Below, one piece after another: positions 1 to 13,898 of a DNA stretch of 64,000 bases (position 1 is its first letter; every line of letters starts with the position of its first letter). Both the position numbers and the translations under genes were made by a program. This DNA is from the human T2T-CHM13v2.0 reference genome, Homo sapiens: the NCBI RefSeq assembly GCF_009914755.1, contig NC_060930.1. The stretch is one strand, 5' to 3'. The notes beneath the pieces were generated by a model. That model saw only the letters and a program-made list of their open reading frames with translations, was not told where the DNA came from and did not search any database.

Positions 1-138
1 TATCTTCCTTTTGCTTAGTTCTAAATAGGAAATAATATTATTTGGCTTGAGAGATTTTAATAATAATTTTGTTAGAAAAAAATTGATTTGCATGAACTGT
101 GTAATTTAAATGTTACCTAGAGGCGGATGGACATTAGG

Positions 139-300
139 AGGTTGATACCGAGATCATTATTAGGTCTAATTTTGTTTATTGCCTCTAATGAGGAAAGAGG
201 AATGATGAGTAGCATTTTAATTAAATTTGCCAATAAAACTAATTTGGGAGATAATACAAATACCTGTAAAAATTGAAGTAGCAATACAGAGAAATTCTCA
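139..300 (+). mobile_element. Ancient CR1/L3-class LINE reverse-transcriptase relic
   Basis: 139-273 translates RLIPRSLLGLILFIASNEERGMMSSILIKFANKTNLGDNTNTCKN, resembling the CR1 RT core VPQGSVLGPxLF...LIKFADDTKLGGxANT. Confidence 0.65.
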
Positions 301-879
301 AGTCATTTTACAGGATTTAGAGACTCAAAGAGAATTAAGGTAACACTGACAGTCAAATAATCTAGAATATCGCTTAACAATATATATTATTTTGAGACTG
401 CAGAAGTGATGTGTCCAAACTGTTTTAGTTGAATCCAATTCTCAAGTACAGAAAAACATCGTGCTTCAATATCTTATGGCAGTACAACTGTGTTTTTAAT
501 TCATTAGTATTGTCCATTCACTCATTAATTACTTAGTGCCCGTTATGTGCTTAGAATTAAAAGAAAACACACAATCTCTGTTTTCAGGGAGTTGGGTTTG
601 ATTTCATTTGAGAGATAGGCACTTGAACAAGTTATAAAATTTGTATCATTTTCTATCAGAATTAAATACAATGTACATAATTTTGTTAATTGAACTGTCT
701 CCCTCGTGGAATTATCTCCTTAAGTAATTGGGCCATAACTTAATTGTTTTGGTTTCCGTGCATTCTAGCACAGTGGCTCACAGTGGGAGCTCAGATTGGA
801 CTGAAATTTATTCTTTTTTTGTTGTTTTATTCTTAGTCAGCTTTCTCAGGCTGAATGGACTGAACTGTAATCTCACTTG

Positions 880-1600
880 AGGGATAATATTGTCATTAAC
901 TAAGAAGGAGAATAAAGAAAGGAAGACAAGGCAATTAGGGAATGAATATGATTGCTTAGATGGTAATTTCAGTAGTTTCAGACATTTTAAGCTTGAGATA
1001 CCTGTGGGGACCTATGTGGGGGATGTTTAGTGAGCAGTTGAATACAGACCCACAGTTGAAGAGTGAGGTTTACATCAGGGAGACATTTGCTAATCATCAC
1101 TGTGCAGGTCTTGGTTAAAATAAAGGGAACGGTTGAGATCACTCAGGAAGAGAGTATAGAGAGACAAGAAAAGGGTGAAGGGTACTGAATCGAACCCACA
1201 GAATATCAGTGTTTAAATGACTTGTGATGGGCAGTGCGGGAGTTGGGATATGAGAAACCGGTAAAAATACCAGGGAGGAGCCTTGAACAAAAAAGGATAG
1301 TGGTATGATGGGTGCTAATGGTATGGATACAAGTCCAAGTCTTATGAGGATTTGAGGAATAAATAAGAAATGAGGCTGTGGAAATATAGGGAGTAGGCTA
1401 CTCTTGGTAGAGCTTAATTCTGAGGACATGTAAGGAAAAAGGACTGCATCTGTGAGCTTCATGGTTGAAGAAAGTGTTTTATTTTTTCCTTAAGATTGGT
1501 AAGATGAGCATATTTACAGGTTAAGGCAGAAATGAGTAGTATGGGAGTAAGAGGGAATAATTGAAGGGGCAATGTTTTAGGAGGGGTAGAAGGGGATAGG
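880..1600 (-). mobile_element. Degenerate L2 LINE fragments
   Basis: Purine-rich L2-like sequence (gagatcactcaggaagagagtataga...gaaatgaggctgtg); boundaries approximate. Confidence 0.55.
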
Positions 1601-1762
1601 CCAGGAAATCAAACTGACTGGAGTTTAAAAAGTACTTTCCAATCTAGCTTTTTGGTGCATACTCAGAACAATCCAGTGTGGATGGTAGATGGTTATTTAT
1701 CATAATCCCTATTTTACAGGTTGGTGATGGAGCCTCATGATGTTCTCATTAAGAAAACCTAA

Positions 1763-2083
<321 letters not shown>

Positions 2084-2788
2084 AAGAAAACCTGATTTTT
2101 CTAATGAAAAATACTGCCTTTCCCTCTCCTCAAAAGAGATGAATTAATTATTTCATAAGACTATACCATTTTTCAAAATTGATACCAGGAACTTTTCTAT
2201 TGGAAGAAATAAACTTACTTAGACTTACAATAATATAAAGTTTAGAGAGAATTTGTATAAATCATTATTTCTGCTTTCACCAAATTGCATAGGATTAGAT
2301 ATGTAATCTAAGGAGCCTGCATCTCATTGTGGCTTTACTGTCATTCTCATGGTTATATATCACTGCATTTTCTAGGGTGAATTATATCGTTCACTGATTT
2401 GGTAGTTTGGAGATACATAAAGGTCTTGGAATATGTTCCCATGAATGTAGAAGTTTATTGTAAATAAGTATCTTTGCTATCCTAATGATGGTACCATGGG
2501 ATAATATTTATAAAAATGGCATTAGGCTAGCAAGTGTGCATGATAAAGATGTTTATTTTTATTTATTATCTCACTTATAAATATGAAGTATAAATAGGTA
2601 CAACTAGAGAGGAAAACTTGCAGCCCATATTATACATGTGATAACTTTTAGTTGTATGATTGAGAATTTTTCCCCCTTAAAAATAACGCCTACAGTGTAT
2701 GTATCTTCCTCCTTTATCCCTTGACTTCAAGATATGAAGTGCATTGGGGGACAGCATATTATAAGTCACTGTAATAGTTGCTATTATT

Positions 2789-3033
2789 GGCTGGACGCGG
2801 TGGCTTACGCCTGTAAACCCAGCACTTTGGGAGGCTGAGGCAGGCAGATCACTTGAGGCCAGGAGTTCAAGACCAGCCTGTCTCTACTAAAAATACAAAA
2901 ATTAGCCCACTGTGGTGGCGCGCACCTGTAATCCCAGCTGCTCAGGAGGCTGAGGCAGGAGAATCACTTGAACCTAGGAGGCAGAGGTTGTAGTGAGCCA
3001 GGATCATGCCACTGCACTCCAGGCTGGGCAACA
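2789..3033 (+). mobile_element. AluS element, tailless, with an internal deletion
   Basis: ggctggacgcggtggc...gggcaaca, flanked by ttgctattatt on both sides. Confidence 0.93.
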
Positions 3034-4916
3034 ATTGCTATTATTTAATGTTTTGTCATTAAAGAATAACTCATTTTTAAAATGCGTATTTGTCACACCA
3101 CAATTTTGCGAGCATATTTCAGCCCAAGAATGAATTAGAAATCAAACAAAGATAAAGCAAGCTAAAACAAGTATTACTTATAGTAAGTACTTGGACTGCA
3201 TCATATGGATTAACTTTTAGTGCATACTGATTTTGCAAGCAGATGTTTATACAAACCGTTATTTTAAAATCGTTTAAAGTAATAAAGGCATCTTCCTTCA
3301 GTTGGTATTATTACTAGTTTTGTAAAATTCCTTTTCCGAAGGCAGTACATTTTGTTAATATGCACACATTTCTACTTATTTTTCTAAAGAATATGCTTTC
3401 ACAAATTTTTTATCAGACATGTAATCTCTGTAAGAAAGCTTTTCTTACTATCCAAAGTGGTACAGCTATCATTGTTTTCTTTTTGAATTAGTTCTGATTT
3501 TGAAATCAGAAAATTGTGTGGGCATTCATGTGTCTATTGTGGTAAATATGAAAATAAACGCCAGAAAATGGTTTAGTAGATAGGGGCTTCATCAGTTGAG
3601 GGCTGAAATGAAAGCCTCATTAGCCTGGTCCACATGCTTCAGTTGTTTGTTAGCTCTTTCTCATCACCTGTTTCCAGTCTCTGGCAGTACCTTGAACATT
3701 TATTTCCTTTTCTACATGCAGCAGCACAAGCTTTTATAGTTCACTGATTATAGTGAAGGTTTTCCAGGTGCTGTGTAAGATATTAATAAATTAGAATATA
3801 TTGTTTTCCATTGTCACCTTTGAATTACAATTTTTTCACATCTGTATGGAAAATGTTAATGCCTTCTTAGAGGTATACTTGTGAATAGTCAGCATTTTGT
3901 TAGAATCAGCCCGTTGTGTTAAGGGCACTATAATTGGTACTGATTATGTACAAAAGAACTAATAGATGTGGTCCCTTAACTCAAGAAGCTTATATTTTTA
4001 AGGGGAAAGAGGACCAAAATTTATAAACAGTACCCCCCTCCCCACCCACACACATACCCAAAGCTGCACTGGAATAGTTGCTGCAAGTTAAGTAGATAGT
4101 AAAGAGAGTGATAGGAAGTTTTATGAGAAGCAGTATCTGCATGTGGATTATGTTACAAATTTAATGTCATTTAATGTTTTTGGTAAAATGTATAGTCACA
4201 ATATATAAAATCATCTCCCTCCCTAATGCAACCAACACTAAGCTTCTTTTGTGAACTTGATGCATACTTTAATTATAAAGTGGTCAACTTTTAAAAATTT
4301 CACTTAATATAACTAGGTAATAAAGTAGAAAATTGATTTTCATGACTCCAATTTTAAGTATCTGCATAATAGTCAATCAAGAATAGATATATCTACTTAG
4401 CCATTGCCATTTTATCAGATATGTATAGCTTTTGGGATTGAATAAACCTGTGGCAAAAAATTATAGAATGTGAACAGTTTCTGTGTGTTCAGGCAAAGTA
4501 ACTGAGAAGAAATACTGTAGTAACTTTATGTAGAAGGAATTGCAACATAGATGTTTTCCAGCAGATCAGATGGAGATAAGAACAAAGAACAGCAGCAGCC
4601 TAGGTAGTGTATAGCTTTGAAAATACAGGGAAGTTCATTAGTCTAAAAATGCCATCTTGCCCGAGTGAGAAAGTGGCAGATTTCTTAACAAGTGAACGAG
4701 TGACTTGAAAAAGGTGGAATTGAGGAAGCCAAATGTTAAAGCTTATTAGCGTGTGTAGATTAGAGCCTTTATACCCATTTTTTCAAACACTCCTTTAGAA
4801 TATTTAAAAATCACTCGTGTCATATGTCTGTGTGCGTAAGTACATTGTATATACATTCCCTGATATTTAGCGATGACACTAGCATTTTTATATAAAGAAA
4901 ATAAAAAGTGACCAGT

Positions 4917-5495
4917 GTATTAGTTTTCTATTCCAATCTTAACAAATGCCACACATTTAGTGGATTAAAACAATCCCCATTTATTATCTCACAGTCTGTA
5001 GGTTAGAAATCGGACATGGGTCTTGCCAGGCTAAAATCAAGGTGTCAGCAAGGCTTTTATATTCCTTACCGGAGGCTCTGGGGAAGAATTTACTTCCAAG
5101 GTTATTTAAGTTGTTGGAGATCCTGTTTTTATGCTGGCTGTCAGTTGAAGCCTGGTCTTTCCTCCTAGAGGCTGCCCACATTCCTTCTCATGCTTTCCAT
5201 GATTTCCTAGAGGCCTCTGAAGTCCTTGCCTGTGGGTCCCATCTCAGAGCCTTCCCATGCTTCAGATCTCTCTAACTTATGCTGCTGTGTCACACTGCCT
5301 CCAACCTGAGAAAGTTTTCTGCTTTTAAAGGCCCGTGCGATTAGATCAGACTACAGGGATATCCAGGATAATCTTTTCATCTAAGATCCTTAACCTTAAT
5401 TACATCTGCAGAGCCCCTTTTACCGTGTAACCTAACACATTCAGAGGATCCAGGAATTAGAGCATATGTGGAGGGTCACTGATTTGGCCTCTTAT
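4917..5495 (-). mobile_element. MLT1 (MaLR) solo LTR, MLT1D/E-like
   Basis: tgtattagttttctat...gctaaaatcaaggtgtcagcaagg...cttaattacatctgca matches the MLT1 layout. Confidence 0.8.
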
Positions 5496-6564
5496 AGTGA
5501 AGGTTTTCTTTTGAGGTGGGAGTATGGAGTGAAAACAGCTTTTTGTATCACTTTTCATCAATTTTACATGTAAGTCACCATTCTTAATTTATGTAGAATA
5601 CTAACGTTTCCTGGAGTTTTGTAGTTAATTTACTTTACTAGTTTAATATATCTTAAAGTTGAAAAAAGGTATAAGAAATGAGTTCTTAACAGAAATATAA
5701 AAAGTTACTGATTTTCTTTTTAATATTGAAAGAAGATAGAAAACTCTTTCCTGTCTTATCAACCAGCTACCTAGAACAAGGCAAATAAACACTGCTGTAA
5801 ATAGTAGACTTTGTAATGAGGTTACATTATAGTGGCTGAGATGTACTGGTTACTTTGTATGAGAGCTGTTCAGTAATACATGCTCACACACCTTTTAGCA
5901 TTCTAAGAGTTTGTTTTATTTATTGTTTATTGAACACATATTAAAGGAACTCTTACTGGTTGCCTCATGATGTTAGGTTCTAGGGATACATTTATTTCTG
6001 CCTTTGTAGGACTGAATAGTTATCAGTAAAAAGAGAAGTTTAACTAAAGTAATTATAATAAATCATGATGACTCTTGGCATAGTGGAGGTATGTGATTAT
6101 ATGTGAGCACGTAGCATCCTGGAAATAATGAAACTTCGCTTGTCACAGTGGTTTTGTAGCTTATCTCCAACCAGAGATTGTAGATTTCCCTTAGTCCTCT
6201 GACTCCAAAGTTTCTCAGGAATTTCTGGATTGTGGATACAGGATACTGGGAGCCTTGTATGTATGCAGTAAGTCAGGAACCAAGATACCGCTGGAAAGTA
6301 AAATTTATGATTTCTTATGCTTTTTTAATACTTTTAATATCTGCAGTTGTTAAATTTCCTAGTCTTCACTCATTGGGTTTCTTTAAAACATTGATCGCTC
6401 TCTGGTTAAGTTACAAAGAAAATTAGTGATTTTACACTGTGTTAGTCATAAAACACTAACAGTGCAAAATAATAATGATGTTATGGGAAATAATATTCTT
6501 AAAAGGCCTGAGAAAGCATTGTGGCAGTATTTGTGATATATTAGCAACAAAAAGCAACTTGTTG

Positions 6565-6780
6565 AATGCTATGTAATAGAACTTTCTGTGATGATGGAAG
6601 TGTTCTATACCTGTACTGTTTAATCCAGTAGCCAATAGCCACTTACGGCTATTGAGCATTTGAAACATGGCTAGTACTACTAAAGAACTGAATTTTAAAT
6701 TTTATTTAATTTTAATTAATTAAAATTTTAATTTCAGCAACCAATTTTAGTTAATGGTATCTGTATTTGATAGTGTAGTT
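6565..6780 (+). mobile_element. MER3-like hAT-Charlie MITE
   Basis: aatagaactttctgtgatgatggaagtgttcta...gctattgagcatttgaaacatggctag. Confidence 0.85.
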
Positions 6781-7449
6781 CCATATTGTATTTGAGATTT
6801 ATTTAAATAATTACATATTTTTAAAAAATCATAGTAGTGGGGCTTAGAGTTTCAAATCTGAGGTAGCCCTGGAAAAGCTATATGTATGGAGCTGTTATAA
6901 GCAATTGTGGTCACTGAGGGTCATGAGGCTCCTAAGTCAGGGCAGCTCTCACATCTACTGGTGGGGATTTTGCCTCTGTACCTGAATGAGCTGTCCACCT
7001 GTGCAGGACTGTGGTAAGGATTCCATGGAAGAGGAATACTTGAAGCTGCCCAGCTAGCAAGCTGTGATTCCTGTCCTGGATCTTTTTCCAAGTAAACTGA
7101 TGCCACAAGGGGTCTATGGCATAGTCTTGTGAGTCTAAATGTTTAGTTAACCTAAGAGCACCCCCTGGCATTCCAGAACCAATTAACCTTTATTTACTCA
7201 GAGTAAACACAAAACAAAATTAATAAATTGAGCTGAGGAAAGGCAGACTACCAAGACTCACCAAAAGTTTAATGCACTCTCAATTGTTTCTAATTACTAT
7301 TTGGAAAGTAGTGCTAGAAAGGATAATACAAGATGAATTTTAAATGCCCACTTTTAGTAGCGGTATCTTGGTTCTTGACTTACTGCATACATACAATCTA
7401 CCAGGAACAGTCATCAAATGTGTACAGTGGTGGAAACAAACAAAAATGT

Positions 7450-7750
7450 GTATAGCGGTGCATCTTCTCAGGTCTTACTGAGGTGTGTCCTTAATCATCC
7501 AATGTAAAGTCACCCTCACAAGTGCTTTATAATATTTTCTCACTATGTTATGTTTTCTTCTCAGCAACATCACTAGTTGGAATGATCGTTTTAATTTGTT
7601 TGCTTGTTCAATATTTTTTTGCCTAGGGTATGAGCTCCATTAGATGAAGGAATTTGGCCATCTTGTGTACCACTATCTCCCCATTACTTATAAGAATGGC
7701 ATAATAGGACCTCAGTAAACACTTGAATGAATGAATAAATGAATGAATGG
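7450..7750 (+). mobile_element. L2a 3' end
   Basis: Ends in ctcagtaaacacttgaatgaatgaataaatgaatgaatg, the typical L2 tail. Confidence 0.7.
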
Positions 7751-8064
7751 ATGAGTGAATTATAGAAACTGTCAGGTTAAAAAATTTTACCTTTAATTCC
7801 GTTTTCCAAGCTGCTAAATATTGAGACTGAATGAGATGGTAATTTGGACAAAAAGCTGATGGATTTTCTGTTATTTCCAAAGGATAACTATGATAAAGAA
7901 ATGCTTTTTATCTTTGTAGAAATGTACTGCTGTTTTTATCTTTTGTTTTGGGACATAGGACTCTTCTTTATGCAATCAGGAACTAATCATGGAGGACAGA
8001 GAGTACTTTCTATTCCTCTGTGTGACCTCAGAAGTGCTCCCTCTTTTTCTTACCAATGACTTAT

Positions 8065-9129
8065 TACCGGGGAACCTGCCCCGATATTCACGTAGGTTCT
8101 TTTCTATTTTCCTTAAGCGTCAGCCAGCTTGAGAAATAAAGGGACAGAGTACAAAAGAGAGAAATTTTAAAGCTGGGTGTCCGGGGGAGACATCACATGT
8201 CAGTAGGTTCCGTGATGCCCCACAAGCCACAAAAACCAGCAAGTTTTTATTAGGGATTTTCAAAAGGGGAGGGAGTGTGCGAATAGGTGTGGGTCACAGA
8301 CATTAAGTACTTTACAAGGTAATAGAATATCACGAGGCAAGTGGAGGCAGGGCGAGATCACAGGACCACAGGACCGAGGTGAAATTAAAATTGCTAATGA
8401 AGTTTTGGGCACCATTGTTATTGATAGCATCTTATCAGGAGACGGGTTTTTGAGATCAACTGGTCTGACCAAAATTTATTAGGCAGGAATTTCCTCTTCC
8501 TAATAAGCCTGGGAGCGCTATGGGAGACTGGGGTCTATTTCACCCCTGCAGTCTCGACCATAAGAGATGGCTACGCCCAGGGGGGCCGTTCATAGGCCTA
8601 CCCGCAGGCACGCATTCTCTTTCTCAGGGATGTTCCTTGCTGAGAAAAGGAATTCAGCGACATTTCTTCCATTTGCTTTTGAAAGAAGAGAAATATGGCT
8701 CTGTTCCGCCCGGCTCACCAGCGGTCAGAGTTTAAGGTTCTCTCTCTTATTCACTGAACAATTGCTGTTATCTTGTTCTTTTTTCAAGGTGCCCAGATTT
8801 CATATTGCTCAAACACACATGCTGTACAATTTGTGCAGTTAATGCAATTATTACAGGGTCCTGAGGCGACATCCTCCTCAGCTGACAGGATTAAGAGATT
8901 AAAGTAAAGACAGGCATAGGAAATCACAAGGGTATTGATTGGGGAACTGATAAGTGTCCATGAAATCTTAACAATTTATGCTTAGAGATTGCAGTAAAGA
9001 CAGGCGTAAGAAATTATAAAAGTATTAATTTGGGGAACTAATAAATGTCCATGAAATCTTCACAATCCACGTTCTTCTGCCATGGCTTCAGCCGGTCCCT
9101 CTGTTTGGGGTCCCTGACTTCCCGCAACA
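8065..9129 (-). mobile_element. MER11 (HERV-K11/HML-8 type) solo LTR, MER11C-length
   Basis: Minus strand begins TGTTGCGGGAAGTCAGGGACCCC; 1065 bp; perfect 6-bp TSD ACTTAT at 8059-8064 and 9130-9135; internal ~90-bp direct repeat at 8903-9066. Confidence 0.93.
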
Positions 9130-10542
9130 ACTTATTCAAATGTTGACCACTTGTATTCAAAAACAAAACCAGAAACAAAACTGTTACATACCTTGCTCTT
9201 TTGATCTATGAAATGAAACCCTTAAACATTATGAGGCATTGTCAATGGCTATGTGAGACTGAAGTGGCGTATAAGGAAAGGATGTAATGTGACTGTTGGA
9301 CTGTGACTTTTAATAATAATCCTCATTAACTGTTCCAGCACCCCCTACCAAAGCTCCCAAAACACTGTGGCAGTTATTGGGGAACAAATGGGAGGGGATA
9401 ATCCTAGAATGCCATAAATGTGTAATAGCTCATCTCAGTAGCATTCCACATTGTGTAAATTATTTGTGGGGGAATGGGAAGATGTTGTCCATCATTTTAA
9501 CGTATTAATTTTGCTGGATGTTGGAACTTTATTCCCTCGACCTCTCACTTTTTCATGACTAGCCTATTATGAATCCTTTCTTTACTGTAGTCATTTGACT
9601 ATCCTGGACCCAACCCAAAACCAAAACCATCTGTATTTGGGTTCATTATATTACTAGAATATATACTAAGAATATAGAGAGTAAAGGAACATAAAATTTT
9701 TACTCATGAAAATAGATATGTTTGTTGGGGGTCTTAAAGTTATATGGTGAAAATACCAATGTAAAGCTGTAGTTTGAATATATGTTACAGGGGTGTATGT
9801 GTGTATTTTACTTTTAAAATCAATTTTATTGAGGTACAATTTATACACAAAAAATCCACCCGTTTAAAGGGTATAGTTCAATGTCTTTTGACAAACATAC
9901 AGATATTTTTATAGAAAAATGAGATGCAACTTTCACTTATCTTGGAGTTCATTGGATTTTGGTTATAACTTGGAATAAATAGGAAAATATGGGCCACATG
10001 GGGAAGATGAGGGAAACATAAAATAAAGTAGCAGTTGTACCATTTATAGTTCCTACCTGGTATGGAAACCCGTATGGTCCTGATTTTTATGGATATTTTA
10101 GCCTCTTGGAATCATACAATTTCTCCCAGTTATAAAGAAAAATAGATCATTATACTGCATGTTGTCTGATGGTAGTTTTCTGCAGAGACTTTTTAAAAAA
10201 TAAAGTTGAATAAAATTTATGCTTGTGGAAAAATAATCTACATTCAACCAATTTAAAACAGAATTTTATTGATTGTGTTCTCATTTGGAATAACTGCAGG
10301 GAAAATCACCTGGGCTAATACAAGTTGGATATCATTTACTAGGGATTTAGCTGGAGAAAAAAACCCAAACTCATTTCAATTTCAGTGGTGACAGCTGTTG
10401 ACTGAATTTTCCTGTGATATCCTTCACCGCAGGAAATGATATATTGTAGCTTTGGTTCCTTTGATTTCCTACCCACCCAACAAATCCAAAGTGCAGGGAC
10501 TGTGCTTTCTAAATGTCTGAGTGGCTTAGTTTATGTGGTTAG

Positions 10543-10544
<2 letters not shown>

Positions 10545-10574
<30 letters not shown>
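10545..10574. repeat. T30 homopolymer
   Basis: Direct read; no adjacent Alu or L1 body visible. Confidence 0.95.
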
Positions 10575-10578
<4 letters not shown>

Positions 10579-11564
10579 CCCTAAGTGGGTAAAATTGTGA
10601 TTGCAAAAAATAGATATATGGGTAATGTACAGAAACATTTACTTCCTCTTCCTGAAATTGTTTTTCCATTTGTGCTATTATTACACCTGGCTTTATGTGA
10701 AAAGGCTGTATTGGAACTTGGTATACTTTTATGGAATGATGTAGGAGATTACAGTTCATTTTGAAAGATGTATTAGCTTACTTTTTAATGGTCCAAATAA
10801 ATATGTTTCTTTGATGCAGAGATCAGTTTTGATTACTTGTGATGCTTTCTTCACTGCTTTTTTATTTTATTCTAGTTTAAAAAATATGATAAACTATAAC
10901 CTGCCAGATAGAAAGGAGTAAATGGTGTTAACCTCTTTAGGCTTAAGAATACTGGGAAATGCTTGACAAAGAATGGAAATATGTTTTATATGTTATTGTT
11001 TTATGAACGTCAGAAACTCTGTCTGCTGGTGGGGAGGGAGGGCAGAGAAATACCCCCTGAGGATGAGGGAGGAATTCTTTACACTCTGGCTTAGGATTTT
11101 GCTGTAAGCCACATTTGCATCCTGTGTATTATGGCTTCTTACAAATGAGAGAAGAATGGACAGTTGCAATTAGGTATTGAGGTTGAGGTTGGCCAAGCAG
11201 CCCCAAAGCCTCGCAGATAAACATGTCACAGCTTTCTTTGTCCCCAGAGAAACAATTCAGGTTACCGCCAAGCTAATCAGAATTCAAGATTGCTTCCCTA
11301 ATAGTATAAATGGCAAACTATGACTTAAATATAAAAACTTGATTCCCAAGTAAAATGTTGTAAAAACAAGCACATTTACAGTAAACTTGAAGCACTTCTT
11401 TTAGTTGGCCTAATTACAGCCTGTATTTTGTTTATGACTTGGCAGAGATTGATCTTAGTGTAGCAAATAGAAGTCAGGGCAAGTCATCTGGCTATTCTAT
11501 AGGTATACCTAGTCCTCCAGAGAACTATTTGATTGTTTTATGTCATTGTGTCCTCACTATACAA

Positions 11565-12012
11565 TAATGCTATCCAGTAGAATCATAATGAGGGCAACAA
11601 ATGTAAGCCACATATATAATTATATATAATTTTAAATTACTCAGTGAAATTAATTTTGATAACATACCTTATTTAACTCTTTTTCAAAATATCTTTTATT
11701 TATTTATTTTTTTAAGAGATGGGGTCTTGCTCTTTTGCCCAGGCTCAGCTACTTGAACTCCTAGGCTCAAGTAATCTTTCTTCCTTAGCTTCCTGAGTAG
11801 CTGGGACTACAGATATGTGCCACCACACCCAGCTCAAAATATTTTAATATGTAATCACTATGAAAAATTGTGAATGAAATATTTTACATTTTATGGACTA
11901 AGTCTTTGAAATCCAGTGTGTACTTTGTACTTGTTGAACATCTCAATTTAGTTTAAGCTACATTTCAAGTGCTCAATGGTCACATTTGGCTAATGGATAC
12001 TATATAACAGTA
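11565..12012 (+). mobile_element. MER33-like hAT-Charlie MITE interrupted by a FLAM
   Basis: gtgaaattaattttgataac...gtctttgaaatccagtgtgta...catttcaagtgctcaatgg. Confidence 0.8.
11695..11834 (-). mobile_element. FLAM (monomeric Alu)
   Basis: Single ~130-bp monomer, flanked by caaaatat on both sides. Confidence 0.85.
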
Positions 12013-13600
12013 AAGCTTTATAAAAATGGATTTCATTTAAATCTCTACTGTTTAAGTTGAATATTTGTACTTTGGACACTTCCTAAAAATGTGAATATAG
12101 ACTATAATGATAGACTCACAAAATCTTCCAGATATCAGGTTATTCAAGGACATCTAAATTCTCCTATTAATACTTTGAGGTTAAACATTTTATGTGATAG
12201 TATGAAGAAGGTTGGAAGGAAATTATTTTTTCTAGTATTCATAGAAAGAAATTGGCGAACGTTAAGAACAGAGAAAAAAAATCCAAAATGTTTAAGAATA
12301 ATAAATTTAGGCCGAGATGATGATGATGTTTATTACAATTTAAGTGAAAAATACTGTGATAAACACTCAGACATTTCATTTGTCCTCACAACAACTTTTT
12401 GAGAGCAGCACTTTTGTGATCTGTTTTATAATCCCTGTTTTACCAGTGATTAAGATGAAAGCAATTAAGAAATCTTTGCAAAATCACACAGGTAGTGACT
12501 GTATGCAAACTTTTGCATGACTCTCGAATTCTGAAACTTACCCTCTTAATCACGCTTCTCTATTTATTGCCTGGTTCTTTTATGCCTCCATGATTGCCTT
12601 GGGCAAACTGGACTTGGAGAAATTATACAGATGAAGAGAAGTTGCAGCCAATTCCTAAAGTGTTGCAACTATTCCACTACTTCCTGTTTACTCTGTCAAA
12701 TTTTCATCAGTAGTCTGAAAAGGAGAAAATGACTGGAGTTGTAATCACCCATGAAAAGCTGACTTTTGCCCTCCCATTTTGTCAGTAATGCCCTGTGGCA
12801 TTTATGTCACAGTAGTGGAGCTGGTGAATACCACTCTTGGAGCTGAGGTGTGATGATCCATCTTCTGCTAACAATCAGTGCCACAGCATGAAAAGATTAT
12901 TATTATTTTTCTTAACCAGCTAATCTTGCCATGAGACCCATAAATCCACTTTCATGTAATTTCTGCTTTTTGTTTTCAACTCTGAGTTTCAACACTCAAA
13001 AACAATTCCCTGTTGAGTACCTAAGTGCTCATATTGATATTCGTGGTACATTGAACAGGACTTAAATTTCTGTTGTTTCTACAAAGTCCAGGAGTAGGTC
13101 TGCCTTTCACTACAATTCACAGATCAGATGTGTGCAGATGTATCTGTTTCAGATTTATCCTTTTATATATCCATGGTATTTTTGCTCTGTACATTAGACG
13201 TTTGTGAGACAGTATTTGGGGGAAACTCTAGTTTAGTGTGGATGTGATTAATTATGCCTTGCTGTCTTGGTCATTCCCCAACCCCTGCATTCTCCAAAAT
13301 TAGATTGATTTAATTGGATTTAAAATGGGATCATTTAAATTTGGTTGTGTAAATATGTGTTTTGTATGTTTTGAAAGTCTTAACCTTTCTCTTTTCAGCC
13401 TATAAATTATTGAAATTCTGTTAGCTTTATAATTTTCTGTTTGCTGTGATTTTAAGCTATATTGGAAAACTAGCCATGCTGGCCTCTTATGTTTAATGAG
13501 CGAGATAATATGAGACGGAAAAGTTCCTCAGGTGTGACTGTGTTTTAATTAAGTTTTATGTAAGTTTATTGAACAGATGCAACCATTAAAAGATGCTTTT

Positions 13601-13898
<298 letters not shown>

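Noticed and set aside
1139-1462. 107-aa minus-strand ORF
   Set aside because: Lies in degenerate L2 sequence with low-complexity Leu/Ser/Pro composition.
8903-9066. Direct repeats resembling a CRISPR-like or novel array
   Set aside because: Two-copy internal duplication intrinsic to MER11 LTRs; no repeat-spacer structure, and the DNA is eukaryotic.
10539-10584. Interstitial telomeric repeat (TTAGGG/CCCTAA)
   Set aside because: Only single hexamers, not an array.
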